From Callorhinchus milii (taxonomy: Eukaryota), in the NCBI RefSeq assembly GCF_018977255.1, contig NW_024704742.1, positions 111,106,001 through 111,170,000 of the forward strand: a DNA stretch of 64,000 nucleotides, read 5' to 3'. A program made the translations under genes and the position numbers. Positions 39,147-50,996 of the stretch are shown here, piece after piece. A model generated the notes under the pieces. It worked only from the letters and a program-made list of their open reading frames with translations. It was not told the DNA's origin and ran no database searches. How positions within the stretch are numbered: the first letter of the stretch is position 1; each line of letters begins with the position of its first letter.

Positions 39147-40280
39147 GGCCACACTTGGATGGTTTGAGTCCTACTTAACCAACCGCCTCCGTTTGGGGGA
39201 AATGGTCAGGGTGAGGGGAGGGAAGGGAGGGAGCGAGGAGGGGGTAGAGAGTCGAGAGGGGAGCTGAAGGCACGGTCAAAGAGAAAGGTCTTGAGACCGG
39301 CCTTGAAGGAGGAAAGGGAGGAGGCGGCGAAGGCACTGGGGGATAGAGTTCCAGAGCCTAGGGGCTGAGAGGCTGAAGGCCCTCCTGATAGGCTCACGTC
39401 AGCGCCTCCGCACCTCAGGCGCTGACACCATCAGCATCCAAGGCTGCACTCTCCACCTCTCAAAGCCAGTCAGGAACCTCGGCGTTTTGTTCGACCCTGA
39501 GCTGTCCTTTCTCCCTCACATCCGCACCACAACTGGCACCGCCTTCCATCACCTCCGGAACATCGCCAGACTACGGCACTACCTCACCCCTCACGCTGCT
39601 GAAACCCTGGTTCACGCCTTTGTCACCTCAAGGCTGGACTATGGGAACTCTCTCCTCGCCGGCCTTCCCGGCACCTCCCTCCACAAGCTGCAGGTCATTC
39701 AGAACTCTGCAGCTCGTGTACTGTCCCGCACCAGGCTTCGGGACCACATCACTCCCACCCTCGCTCGCCTCCACTGGCTCCCCATCCCCAGAGGATTGAT
39801 TTCAAGATCCTCATCCTCACCTACAAGGCCATTCACGGCCTTGCTCCCTCCTACCTCTCCAACCTACTATCCCCCTACCTACCTGCCCGTACCCTCCGTT
39901 CCTCTGGCTCCGGTCTGCTCCACGTCCCCGCCCCAACCGCCCTACCATCGGTGGTCGGGCCTTCAGCCTCTCAGCCCCCAGGCTCTGGAACTCCATCCCC
40001 CAGTGCCTTCGCCGCCTCCTCCCTTTCCTCCTTCAAGGCCGGTCTCAAAACCTTTCTCTTTGACCGTGCCTTCAGCTCCCCTCTCGACTCTCTTCCCCCT
40101 CCTCGCTCCCTCCCTTCCCTCCCCTCACCCTGACCATTTCCCCCTCCTCTCTCCCTCCCTTCCCTCCCCTCACCCTGACCATTTCCCCCTGCTCGGGTCA
40201 TGACCCAACTGTGCAGCGCCTTGGGACGTCCTCCTGACGTGAAAGGCGCTTTATAAATGGAATCTTGTTGTTGTTGTTGT
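39147..40280 (+). mobile_element. Young L2 LINE fragment with an internal inverted insertion
   Basis: WFESYLTNR, then LIGSRQRL..LVHAFVTSRLDYGNSLLAGLP..LHWLP; CpG-rich; tail gtgaaaggcgctttataaatggaatc(ttg)n. Confidence 0.92.
40107..40190 (+). repeat. ~45-bp tandem duplication in the L2 3'UTR
   Basis: tccctcccttccctcccctcaccctgaccatttccccct occurs twice. Confidence 0.85.
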
Positions 40281-40318
40281 GTCGAAAGCTGATTAAGCAA
40301 TAAGACAAAGCTTCACAA

Positions 40319-40540
40319 TTATAATAATATAATAATAATAATCCTTGCATTTGATATAGCGCTTTTCACGTCGGGAGGACGTCCCAAAGCGCTTCACAGA
40401 ACACACTGTAAAGTGAATTGACTGTATATTTGTGGGCGAACGCGGCAGCCAATTACGCACAGCAATGTCTCACAAACAGTCGTAGATTGAAAATGACCAA
40501 TTTATTATTGTTTTGGTTTTTTGGAGGGATTATTACTCAT
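40319..40540 (-). mobile_element. SINE 3' half with L2-like tail
   Basis: (aat)n ccttgcatttgatatagcgc..gtaaagtgaattgactgtatatttgtgggcgaa. Confidence 0.8.
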
Positions 40541-41426
40541 GATTCATGACCTAAAGCATAAGTCAGATAAAAGTACTTGACAATACTAGTGCCAACACTC
40601 AATAAAATTGGGGCAAGATCCTTTATGTGGACCTACATGACCCAATTTCAAGTGAAAAAGTAGCTAATCCTAGCATCATCTGATTTCCCTCAGCTCCTGG
40701 CAAATCTGGTTATGCTCATCATATCTCAGTGAATTCAGTTTCAGATATTGTATCCCTGCTCCATCAGTCTCTTTTAATACGTTCAGATTGATGGCAATCA
40801 AACCCCCTGTGAGGATTGTAAAATCAGATGCGAGGAGACACAGAGGATTACGGGGTCAGTTGGAAAGAAGTAAAAGTAAAACCTACTATCCATAAGGGAA
40901 AATAACCATCAAGAGAAAAATATGACATTAGAGAAACCAAATGTTTAAGATTACTATGGATGTAGAAAAGCACAATTACAAATTTCAAACAATACTGTAC
41001 AGTAAAACTTTACTGTAACAAAGCTGTAAGGATCCATAAAATTTCAACCTGGATTTATAAAATATAGTGCTAAATAGCTGCTGCCAATTAACCCTTTTGA
41101 GTATGTCTTACTTTTGTGATGCACAATGTTCTTTTGGTCAGCCAGGTTTCTGGTACCTGCAGAAACCTATCATCTATTGCTTAAGAGGATCCACACCAGA
41201 TAAGAGTTTCCCTGTGAAATCTGTCTGGAATAGAATGTGCAATCTCTCCCCAGAGGGTCTCACTTTGCTACCTAATTTTGAAAAGTACGATAAGCTCCTG
41301 ATATATTGTCACTCCAAGGGAAAAGAGCTTAGTGTCTATTATCCATGGTGATTCTGTAGGCATGAGTCCTCCAGGGCCACTAGGGTTTACAGCTAATGTA
41401 TTATAATAGAGTGAGGAGATAAGGGC

Positions 41427-41449
41427 GGGGGGGGGGGGGGGGGGGGGGG
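41427..41449. repeat. Poly-G run
   Basis: About 23 consecutive G. Confidence 0.9.
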
Positions 41450-42074
41450 AGTGGTCCTTATTCACATTTTGCATGGGAAGTGGCTGGGTTATTGACAGCA
41501 TGATATAATCCACGTGATGATGTTGCTGAAAGCTGGACTCAAGGTCTTATTATCAGAAGTTCTCTGTGGAGGTTGGCAAGAGACAAGACTTAAGGACTGT
41601 GAGTTGGGTGCTGGAGTTTAACCAATTAAAACTGCAAAGCTTGCCATTGTGAGCACTAGCTTGGCAAGCTTCTGCTGCTTGTCCAGCTAGAACCACCCTA
41701 TCTGTTAGCGATTTCTCTTGAGGGGGAGTAATCCCTGTTCCCGATGACTGGTCTCCTTGTCCAAGTTCTACTGATGTGTAAGGCTGGGTGGTTTGTATAC
41801 TAGACATCCCTAGCTTAGGAACTGGACAATTGAGACCGCCACAAAGGGTTAACTTGATTCTGACCCTCCATTGCTATGCGCATCATCTTGGACCAGCAAA
41901 GCCCCAAGGAAACCTCACTTAGCTCCCTCCTCTCCCTAGGAGAACAGTTTATGATGCTCTTGCATTATTCTTGTGATAAAAGGATTTGGATGCAATGATG
42001 TCACAAAATGTTGTGATCTGTTACCTACAGGCCTTATACACAAGGCATTGCTATATTGAAGAGCATTAAAGCAA

Positions 42075-42205
42075 CATAGGAATTAGGAGCAGGAGTAGGC
42101 CATTTATCCTCTCGAGCCTGCCCCGCCATTTAATAAGATCATAGCTTATCTCCATATCCATTAATCCCTCTATCCATTAGAAATCTATCAATCTCAGTCT
42201 TGAAT
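42075..42205 (-). mobile_element. CR1 3' terminus
   Basis: cataggaattaggagcaggagtaggccatt..tcgagcctgccccgccatttaataagatcat. Confidence 0.75.
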
Positions 42206-42685
42206 TATAACAAAGTTCTCTGAAGTTCCCTTCCCTCCAAGCAGGTTTTCTACTTGAAGTCACAAAATATTGTTGCTCGCATCCACCGAAAATAATGATC
42301 ATGGTACTCAAAGTGAGAAGTTAATGCCCCAGTCATATTGCACATTTCACAGTGAATTGCAATTATTTTCATGGCAAAATGTGCAAATAAGTCAAGGCTG
42401 AGCCAGTGTCAATCATTCTGAATCCCACAACTGAGATGAACTTTAGATACAGTTCAATCAAAGAGCTACAATACATATACCGCAGGTACTCCACAACTTA
42501 TTTAGCGATCCACTGAAAAGCATAATAACTTTGCAGGTGCCAAATTTGAATGATAGTCACTTCTGGGCGGTCCCATAGCATTAAAAACTAACACCTGATT
42601 TTGGATTTGGGCCAAATTTGGGAGTTAGATTTAACAATCCCTGATTAATGCAATGCCATGTGGAATGAAGCATATAAATCAGGCT

Positions 42686-42916
42686 CAAAAACAAAAACAG
42701 AAGTCGCTGGGAACACTCAGCAGGTCAGGCAGCATCTATGGAGAAAGGAAAGTGAGTCAACATTTTGGAATTGTTGTTCTGACGAAGGGTCATGGACCCA
42801 AAACGTTGACTCACTTTCCTTTCTCCATAGATGCTGCCTGACCTGTTGAGTGTTCCCAGCGACTTCTGTTTTTGTTTCGGATTTCCAGCATCTGCAGTAT
42901 TTTGCATTTTGTTTAT
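42686..42916. mobile_element. Penelope-like (pseudo-LTR) fold-back insertion with a 14-bp TSD
   Basis: 80-bp inverted arms 42689-42768 and 42798-42877; flanks atataaatcaggct (42672-42685) and atataaatctggct (42917-42930). The family assignment is from recall. Confidence 0.7.
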
Positions 42917-43467
42917 ATATAAATCTGGCTTCCTGTTCCACATTCCCCGGCTGGAATATCACTGGAAAATTAAGGTTGGTGGTTGGAATAAATGTTCTTA
43001 CACAGAGAGAAGTATTCAATTGTGAAATGCTTTGTTACAAATTGATACAAAATAAATATTTGAAGAGGATCTATCTAACTGAGAACCAGGAAGGAACAGA
43101 GAATTGAAACATACGTAAGGAGGACCCAGTGGAAGAGCTGTCACCAGCATAGACTTCACTAATGAACTGCATCCTTCTACAGTCTGACATAATACTGCAT
43201 TCCTGGAAGGAAAGTCATGTTTTGTAAGACAATTGGGATTTTAAGCAGCCTACTGTGACTGGTAACCAACAAATATTTGTATAACTTGCAGCCTAATAGA
43301 TATCAGTGTAGACATAATTCAGAAATTTATGATAAGATTTGGAAGCTCACATTATTATACGGCAACGTCTTAACTGCCAGAAGCAGAACGCAGAAAGCAG
43401 AATATTGTATTATAAATTTTAAATTTTGTTCAATCTTGCAGTGCAGAGCAGCATTGATAAAAATTAC

Positions 43468-43568
43468 CTGTGTTCCGAGGCAGGCGACCATCATGTGCAT
43501 GAGAAGTTTGGCTGCAAACATGGAGAATCTTGAGCAAAACAAATATGACAAAACAGCCAAAGCAAAAC
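43468..43568 (-). CDS. ADGRV1: ADGRV1 coding exon (TM1-ICL1-TM2), 101 nt
   Basis: (G)[33 protein letters not shown], versus human [34 protein letters not shown] as recalled. Acceptor cccacag| and donor |gtaatt; phase 1/0. Confidence 0.96.
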
Positions 43569-44654
43569 CTGTGGGTAAACAATGGAAATAATATTAATGC
43601 ACATTCAGTCAGGCTTAAAATGGTTCATTGGAAAGTTGCTGCTGTACTATTATCAGCACTATTTTCAACAAATTAGGTGATAATCTCAGACGAAGCACTC
43701 CGAAACACTGTCCGTGAAGGGTGCTACATAAATGCAAGTTGTTAAATGCAATTTGTTGTTGATAATTAAAATGTTACAATTTTCATTCCACTGTGTATTT
43801 CAAGTAAAATATTTGCTTAAATGCTAACTTCAGTCTTGGTGGTGCTCAACATTTCAGCAAAGGTTGTATTTTGCACCAATAAATACAGAGCACAGTTTAC
43901 AGGGAGCCATGCCAGTGGAATGCAAGTTTCTACTTCATAAATCCCTCTCAGAAAAATGTTCCCAATAATTTGTTCTCTACACTCAATCTCTACCTCACAC
44001 ACATACATCATCTACCTCACACACAAACACATTAATTTTCTCCCTCACATACTCCCACAATCATTCTCAATCTCACCCATACAAATCACACAATAATTCA
44101 CGATCACACACTTGCTCTTTACGTATTCCACATTCACGTACATGTGTTCTCTACCTTTCACATATCACACATTTATTTTCCATCTCTTTTATGCAGACAT
44201 ATTAGCTTTAGTCACTACTATAAAAACAGAGTAGATATATTTCCACTCCTAACACAGTAATTTAACTTCCGCAATACTGTGTATACATTCTGATACATAC
44301 AAACAAACTGACAACAGAGTGCAGACAGGTATAGGTAGAAAGATCTGTGACAGATGAATAATATTAAATATCTGTCCAATTTAAAACTTAGTTCATTAAT
44401 TGAAACAAACTTACCATTTTCACTCCTGACACTACTCTGTGCAGAAATGTAAAATTGTGTGCTGTTAATTAATAAAAAGATTATCTTGTGACTTTATTTA
44501 ATAACTTTATAAACTGGCCAGTTGAAAGTGCTTAAATCCCATAGAGGCTTAATCTGTAAAAAAAACATTTGTCTTAAAACGTAAGATTGTTCAAGTGCAA
44601 TCTTATTACATTTTGAGACAAAATAATTCTTACAGACTAAGACAAGGTGTGATT

Positions 44655-45780
44655 TTAGGGACAGTTGTTGTAGCGCAGTTGACGTAGTTTATATCGATTT
44701 TCAAAAGGCATTTGATAAAGTGCCACATAAGAGACTTGTAAGCAAAATAGAAGCCCACGGTATTAAAGGGACAGTGGCAGCATGGATACAGAACTGGCTG
44801 GGAGACAGAAAGCAGAGAGTTGTGGTGAACAGTTGGTTTTCTGACTGGAGGGAAGTGTGCAGTGTGTATTGGGACCACTGCTGTTTTTGATCAATGTAAA
44901 TGACCTGGACTTGGGAATAGAGAGTGTAATTTCCAAGTTTGCAGATGATACTAAGCTAGGAAAAGTAGTAAACAGTGAGGAGGATAGTAGCAAACTGCAA
45001 ATGGGCATAGACAGACTGGTAAAATGGGCAGACACGTAGCAGATGAAGTTTAATGTGGAGAAATGCAAAGTGATACATTTTGGGAGGAAGATGATACAAT
45101 CTTAAAGGGGATGAAGGAACAACCTGCAGGTTCATATAAGTAAATATTTTGAAGGTGGCAGGACAGGTAGGTAGTGCTGTTTAAAATACAGAATACAAAA
45201 GTCAGGAAGTTATGATGAACTTTTATAAAACACTGGTTAGGCCTCAGCGAGAGTACTGTGTTCAGTTCTGGGCACTACACTTTAGGAAGGATGTCAAGGC
45301 ATTGGAGAGGGTGCAAAGAAGATATACCAGGATGGTACCAGGAATGAGGGACTTCAGTTATCCGGAGAAGCTAGCATTATTCTCCTCGGAGCAGAGAAGT
45401 TTAAGAGGTGACTTAATAGAAGTTTTCAAATTTATGAGGAGATTCGATAGCGTGAACAAGAAGAAATTATTTGGCGGGTGGGTCGGTAGCCCGATGGCAC
45501 CAATTTAAAATAGTTGTTAAAAGAAACAGAGGGGAGGTGAAGAGAAATTTTTTCACAGAGCGAGTTGTTCGGATCTGGAATGCATTGCCTGAAAGGGTGG
45601 TGGAAGCCGATTCGATAACAACTTTTAAGAGAGAAATAGATAATTATTTGGGGAGGACAAGTTTGCAGGGCTATGGGGAAAGCGTGGGGAATTGGGATTG
45701 ATTTTGATAGCTCTTTTCAAAGAGCCAGCACAGACACAATGGGCTGAATGGCCTCCTTCTGTGCTGTATGATACTATGAA
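44655..45780 (+). mobile_element. CR1 LINE RT-to-3' fragment (same family as 16640-19349)
   Basis: DFQKAFDKVPH, VLGPLLF, KFADDTKL, YCVQFW, LRGDLIE; tail ggcctccttctgtgctgtatgatactatg. Confidence 0.92.
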
Positions 45781-45888
45781 CATGAGCTCCCTTTTTTAAA
45801 AAAAACACATTGGGGGAGGGGTGGAAGGAAACACAGTATGTGAGCTCTTCCTTAAGAGTAATGGGTGATTTTCCTCATCTCTATAACA

Positions 45889-46830
45889 TTAACAACAACA
45901 ATAACAATTCACATTTAGATAGCGCCTTTCACACAGTGTAAAGTGCATGACAGTGGTGGAGTACAATGCTGAGCCGTGGGGAGGTGACAGTAGACAAGTT
46001 CGAAGAGGAAGGTTTTCAGGCGCAATCTGAACATGGAGAAGGAAAGGGCAAGGCGGAAAGCTAGAGGAAGAGTGTTTCAGAGTTTTGGGTCGTAATGGCT
46101 GAAAGCGCAGCCACCGATCGTGGAAAGAAGGGCTCGAGGGACATGCAGAAGGCGATGCAGGTTGAACGGAGGCAGTGGGTAGTAGGTTGGGGAGTAAGCA
46201 GGTTGGGTATACAGATAGCATTAGGAAAGATAATAATGCAATACTCGACCCCGACAGATGTAGTGACACACCGTTAACACGTTTCTACTGGGAAAATGAA
46301 CAAAGAATAAAAGATTGTGGGGACAGAACCAGATAATTGAAGATAAATCCTTGCATTTGATTTGGCGTCTTATGATGTCGGAACAGAGGTACCAGAGCAT
46401 GAAGGGATTTGAAAACAAGTTTGAGGATCTTGAAATCAATCCGTTCAGAGATAGGGAACCATTGGAACCTGGCTAGAACTGGTGTGATGGAGGTACCGAG
46501 TTTAGTACGGGTGGTGGAGTTTTGGATCAGCTGGATTTTGTGGATGTGGAGCTGGGAAGACCAGTGAGAAGGGCATTTGAATAGTCGAGGCGGGAGGTGA
46601 TGAATGCATGGACATGTGTTTCGGCTGAGTTTGGGGTAAGGTATGGTTGGAGACGAGCGATGTGGCAGAGCTGAAGGTAGGAGTATGGCTTCCGTCATGT
46701 CGACAGTTAGTTGCAAGAATTTTGCACTCATCAGGACCCCAATGTCTGCCAGACAAACCAACAGAACATTGGCAGACCTGGAGGAGGAAGAGGAGTAAAT
46801 TTGTGTATCAGTCGCATACTTGTGATAGTT
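45889..46830 (-). mobile_element. Degenerate L2 fragment with an insertion at 46204-46379
   Basis: YATDTQIY, ITPVLARFQWFPISERIDFKIL, and L2 tail. Confidence 0.8.
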
Positions 46831-49268
46831 GAGCATCTATTATCAATAATGTTAATCCTTGCAGTTGATATAGCGTCTTACCACATTGTTGAAACATCGT
46901 AAACCGTTTCACAGGATTTACTGCAGATGTAGTGGAGGAAAAAGCGGCAGCCACTTTGCACACAGTAATGTCCACAAACAGCAATGAAGTAAATAAGAAT
47001 AGATTTGGATAATCAAACTTGAAGGGACTCGTGACAACTGTCACACGTGAAAGAAAGTATTAGTTGAACAGACATTAGTATTAGTAGTCCTACCACAGAC
47101 TTTTGTACTTATTCCTGCCTACATTAATTTTCTTAGTCTGGGTATACAGATAGCATTAGGAAAGATAATAATGCAATACTCGACCCCGGCAGATGGAGTG
47201 ACACACTGTTAACACATTTCTACTGGGAAAATGAACAAAGAATAAAAGATTGTGGGGACAGAGCCAGATAATTGAAGATAAGTCTTTGCATTTGATTTGG
47301 CGTCTCATCACGTCTTTGAAAAGTCTCAAAGCGCTTCACAGAATATACTGTAAAGTGAATCGACTGTATATTTTGTGGGAGAAAGGTAGTAGAAGACCAC
47401 AGGGAAAGGCCAATATGGGCAACACAGAGATACAGACAGAGGTGGAAAAGGTATGCCGAAGATAAGACAGATGGACTCACAAGGTGAAAAAAGCAGAGCT
47501 TAGGGCTTATAAAGCCAAAAACAACAGGGCCAAGAAAAAAAAGAGATGAAGGAAACGTAAGAGAATAAAAACTAAGGAGAAACAGCAAAAAATAATTGAT
47601 AAATGAAGTCAGGAGACCAGAAGTGGGAACAAAAATGAGATTAAAGCAAAGGAAAAATGTGTGGGAGACAGCTAACTGAGCTAAACTGGATAGTAAGGAG
47701 AATAGGATTAGATTACATAGGTGAGGTGAAGAAAATCTTCAGTATAGACTTAAGGGGCAGAATGGCACGTTTATATGCTGTAACATTCTATGATTCTGTG
47801 CTGTGATTTTTCAATCGCTCCTAAACTATCAGTAGAGGTACAAAATGAAGAGCAGATGGTCTCTCATAGGGAGGGAGAGAAAATCTTCCCAGTCCTTCTG
47901 TATTTCTTTGCATCTGTAATAAGCACAGCGTTGGCAGTGCTGGGAACAGAATGTCTTTCAGCTGTAGAAACATGTACAGCAAGTTGAAACTAAAAAAAGA
48001 AAAAAAATATTGATAACAGAAGTAGGAAACTGGTATAAAAGGAAAGATGGCCAACATTTTAAAACATTGAACCTTGTGACTAAATGCACAGCTATAATAT
48101 GTCAAAAGAAAAAATTAAAATTAACTTTTTCTGAAAAAAAGATTTTGTAAACCTTGACGAAAATAATGTTTCCTTCTTTAAATAAAAATACTCATTGAAA
48201 ATAAGAATAGCCTTATCAAAAAAGACAGCTTCTTTTTCACTTCTTATTTTCATCGTCTGTCAATCATCAATACTGCAAGGGATGTAATGGAATGCCATCA
48301 GTGGCCAACAATGTGAAAATAAATGCATACAATGTATTCATTTTAAAAGGCATCTTTTTGCCCCTGGAAAGTACTTCAAACAGAGTTTCACAAGTTTAAA
48401 TGTTAATGACTGCCTATTATTTCACAGCTCCCCCTTAAGATCCCTGCTTCTGCTTTCCGTCACTACATTGTTCTCAGTCAGGGTGACACAAACTGGATTG
48501 CAGATGTTTCAATTTCTGTCATCACTGTGCAATATTAGTCGCTAGCTTGGATGTGATGTGTCTTAGTAAGGGAATCCCTCCCTTCTGTGCTTTTAAGATG
48601 TGCACCATCTCCCTTCAAGGTTAGCAAGGTCCCAATACAGGTCAAGCTTATGGCGTATAAGACTTGTGTGCAAAATGTTCTCTTTTTAGTTCTGAGCTCT
48701 TGCAGGTGCAGTGGCAAGACTTCTTCCGGCCCATTTGCGAAGTCCAGGATCAAGCAGTGAGGTAGATTTGTGCCGAACACAGGAAGCCAGGGATGGCTCT
48801 CCAGCCTATAGTGACCTGTCACTGAACACCCTGAGGGCAAAGTTTGCTTCACAGTCCTTTGCTTGTCAAAGACCCTCACTTGAGGAGCTGAATTAAACAG
48901 CTGGTGCTGAGTAGGCCTGATATTGGGCTTGGACTGCGAGAACATCAAGTGGCTAGCTTATCAGAAGTTGTCCTGTTAAAGGTCCTCCCATTATGTTGAA
49001 GACAGATATCCATCAGATAGCTGATGAGGAAACTCTGAGGCCTGAGGCGATAGGTGCTGGAAGGCATTACCTGGACTCTGATTTCATGAACACATGCTCA
49101 TACTCCAGCTCTTTGAATCCACCTTGATTGGAAAGGAGTTGCTGCTTATTCTCTGCATTGCCAACTGGTGGAACAATAACTCAATGGGAAGGGATGTATG
49201 TCTGAGATCTGGGCAGGAAGATGGTGGCAATGCTATCACGCATTTTATGCTGAGCTGTGTTGCCCACC

Positions 49269-49642
49269 AATAATAATAATCCTTACTGTTGATATCGAGC
49301 CTTATCACGTCTTTGAGACATCTCAAAGTGCTTCACAGAATATACGGTAAAGTGAACTGACTACATTTTGTGGGTGACAAATGGTAGTCAATTGTGCACA
49401 GCAGTGTTGCAGAGACTCGTGGATTGAGTGACCAAATTTTTATTATTAATTTTTTTGAAGGGATTATTACCCCCTGAAAGTGATCTGCCAATCGACTAAC
49501 AACTGGGTTTCTACTTACTACCAGATAAACAGAGGCATGTTGAGTAAGGAAGCTTGCCAATGCTTCAGCCTGGCTAGGAATTGAACCCAGGTCCTCTAGC
49601 TTGTGAGGCAAGTGCTCTAAACGATACTCTATGGGACTCCAC
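49269..49642 (-). mobile_element. tRNA-derived SINE with L2-like tail
   Basis: Colinear with the 23310 and 38110 copies. Confidence 0.85.
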
Positions 49643-50689
49643 AAAATGAAGTTCACAAGGAGTTTCTGTTACCTATCATCCACCTAGTGAGGGCTCAAAT
49701 CTGCGCTTGTAGATGTAAATTCTCCAATTAGTGACTATCTTCCTTGGGGGAGGTAAGCGGAAATGTTCTTTCACATTTCAGCCGGATTCATTGGCACCTG
49801 AAGAATAGCCAGTGAAGCCTGCTGGAATGTGAAACCGTATGTCAATGGTAAGGGCAGGACCATGCTCAACAGTGACGTGCCTGCCAATACTCACTGTCAA
49901 ACCTTACACATGAATAATTACCACAACTGAACTGGCTCCAAGGTCACATGTTTGGCAACTGAATGTCAGAAGTAAGCCAACACTCTGTGGACATCTTGGT
50001 AGGGATTCTTTCCGCTAACCTTTAACCCTGCAAGTCAAAGCCCTAACGTGTAGGATGGTCCTATCTAGATACGCAGTGGGAAAGCTTGCCAGCCAGTACT
50101 TTCAATGTCAAGCTATGCGGTTTCAGTTGGATAGACTCCAGCAGTACCCCAATGTACATTTTGGGGTCCCCAAACCTTGATTGTTGTCAAACTGCACTTA
50201 ATATTCTCCAGAATTAGGTAAGCAGGATGCCACACTCTAGGGAGAGAGTGCAGGAATTTCCAAGTTTAGGCAGGATTCATGGAATTCTCAGTTTAGTTTG
50301 GATACTCTTAAGCATGGTTGTGGGTTTCTGCATATGTCAAGACATCCGGCTGACCAAAACAAATTGATGTATACCATGTAGCAGCTTGGCTAAGAATCAG
50401 AACCATTGTCAACTGAAGCATTTGAATGTCACTCAAGGCTAGAATTAAAACCAGGAGAGTATCTAGTACTGCATTGTTAAAGCTACCAAGCTTCATTGAT
50501 ATTACGTTGACATGCTCATCTTAAGATAAATTGCCCAATCTGGCTCTCTTACATCATCTCTGCTAGTAAAAGGTATGTGAAACCTCCTACTGCAAATTCA
50601 TGGAATACATTCATAGCTCACATTCCTGAGATTTGCGATCCTTTTGTATCTATTTCAGAAAATTAGCTAGTGATCCCCAATGGTCTACT

Positions 50690-50990
50690 GATCAGTTAGA
50701 CCAGACAGAAGGTTCCAATTTCAAATCTTGTTCTACGAGTTGGTTGGGCAGAATTTGAGGCAATACAATTGTCCTTCAGATAGGAGACAAAAATCAGCCA
50801 GAGATCCTGTGCCTGATCATAGAATCATTGAATTATACAGTACAGAAGGAGGCCATTCGGCTCAACGTGTTTGTGCCAATGATCCCTGGCTGCAAGATGT
50901 TGTTGATCAATAGCCCTTGAAGCCTACTGGAACATGAAAGTATATGTCCATGGTGAGGGCACGATTGTGCTCAGCAGTCATGTGCCCGCC
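50690..50990 (+). mobile_element. Ancient SINE-like repeat (related pieces at ~49810-49925, ~38725-38810, ~52281-52315)
   Basis: Shared ctggaa..tatgtc.atgg.gagggca.ga..atgctca motif; aaaaatcagccag..cctg..cctgatc. Family uncertain. Confidence 0.45.
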
Positions 50991-50996
50991 AATAAC

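Larger units (their letters stand above)
1..43467 (-). other. ADGRV1: Large ADGRV1 intron following the TM1-2 exon (continues beyond the window start)
   Basis: Donor GT at 43467-43466. The expected next exon (ILFLAS...YLYLCQFSWMLIQ) was not found by eye in 1-43467. Confidence 0.75.

Noticed and set aside
39487..40203. 238-aa ORF, the longest in the track, as a novel gene
   Set aside because: It is the C-terminus of L2 ORF2, frameshifting into low-complexity 3'UTR.
42653..43107. Overlapping ORFs with the same peptide on both strands
   Set aside because: An artefact of the inverted repeat.
48535..49250. GC-balanced block that may be an old LINE or a coding exon
   Set aside because: No diagnostic motif and no intact frame with splice sites; I cannot assign it without a database search.
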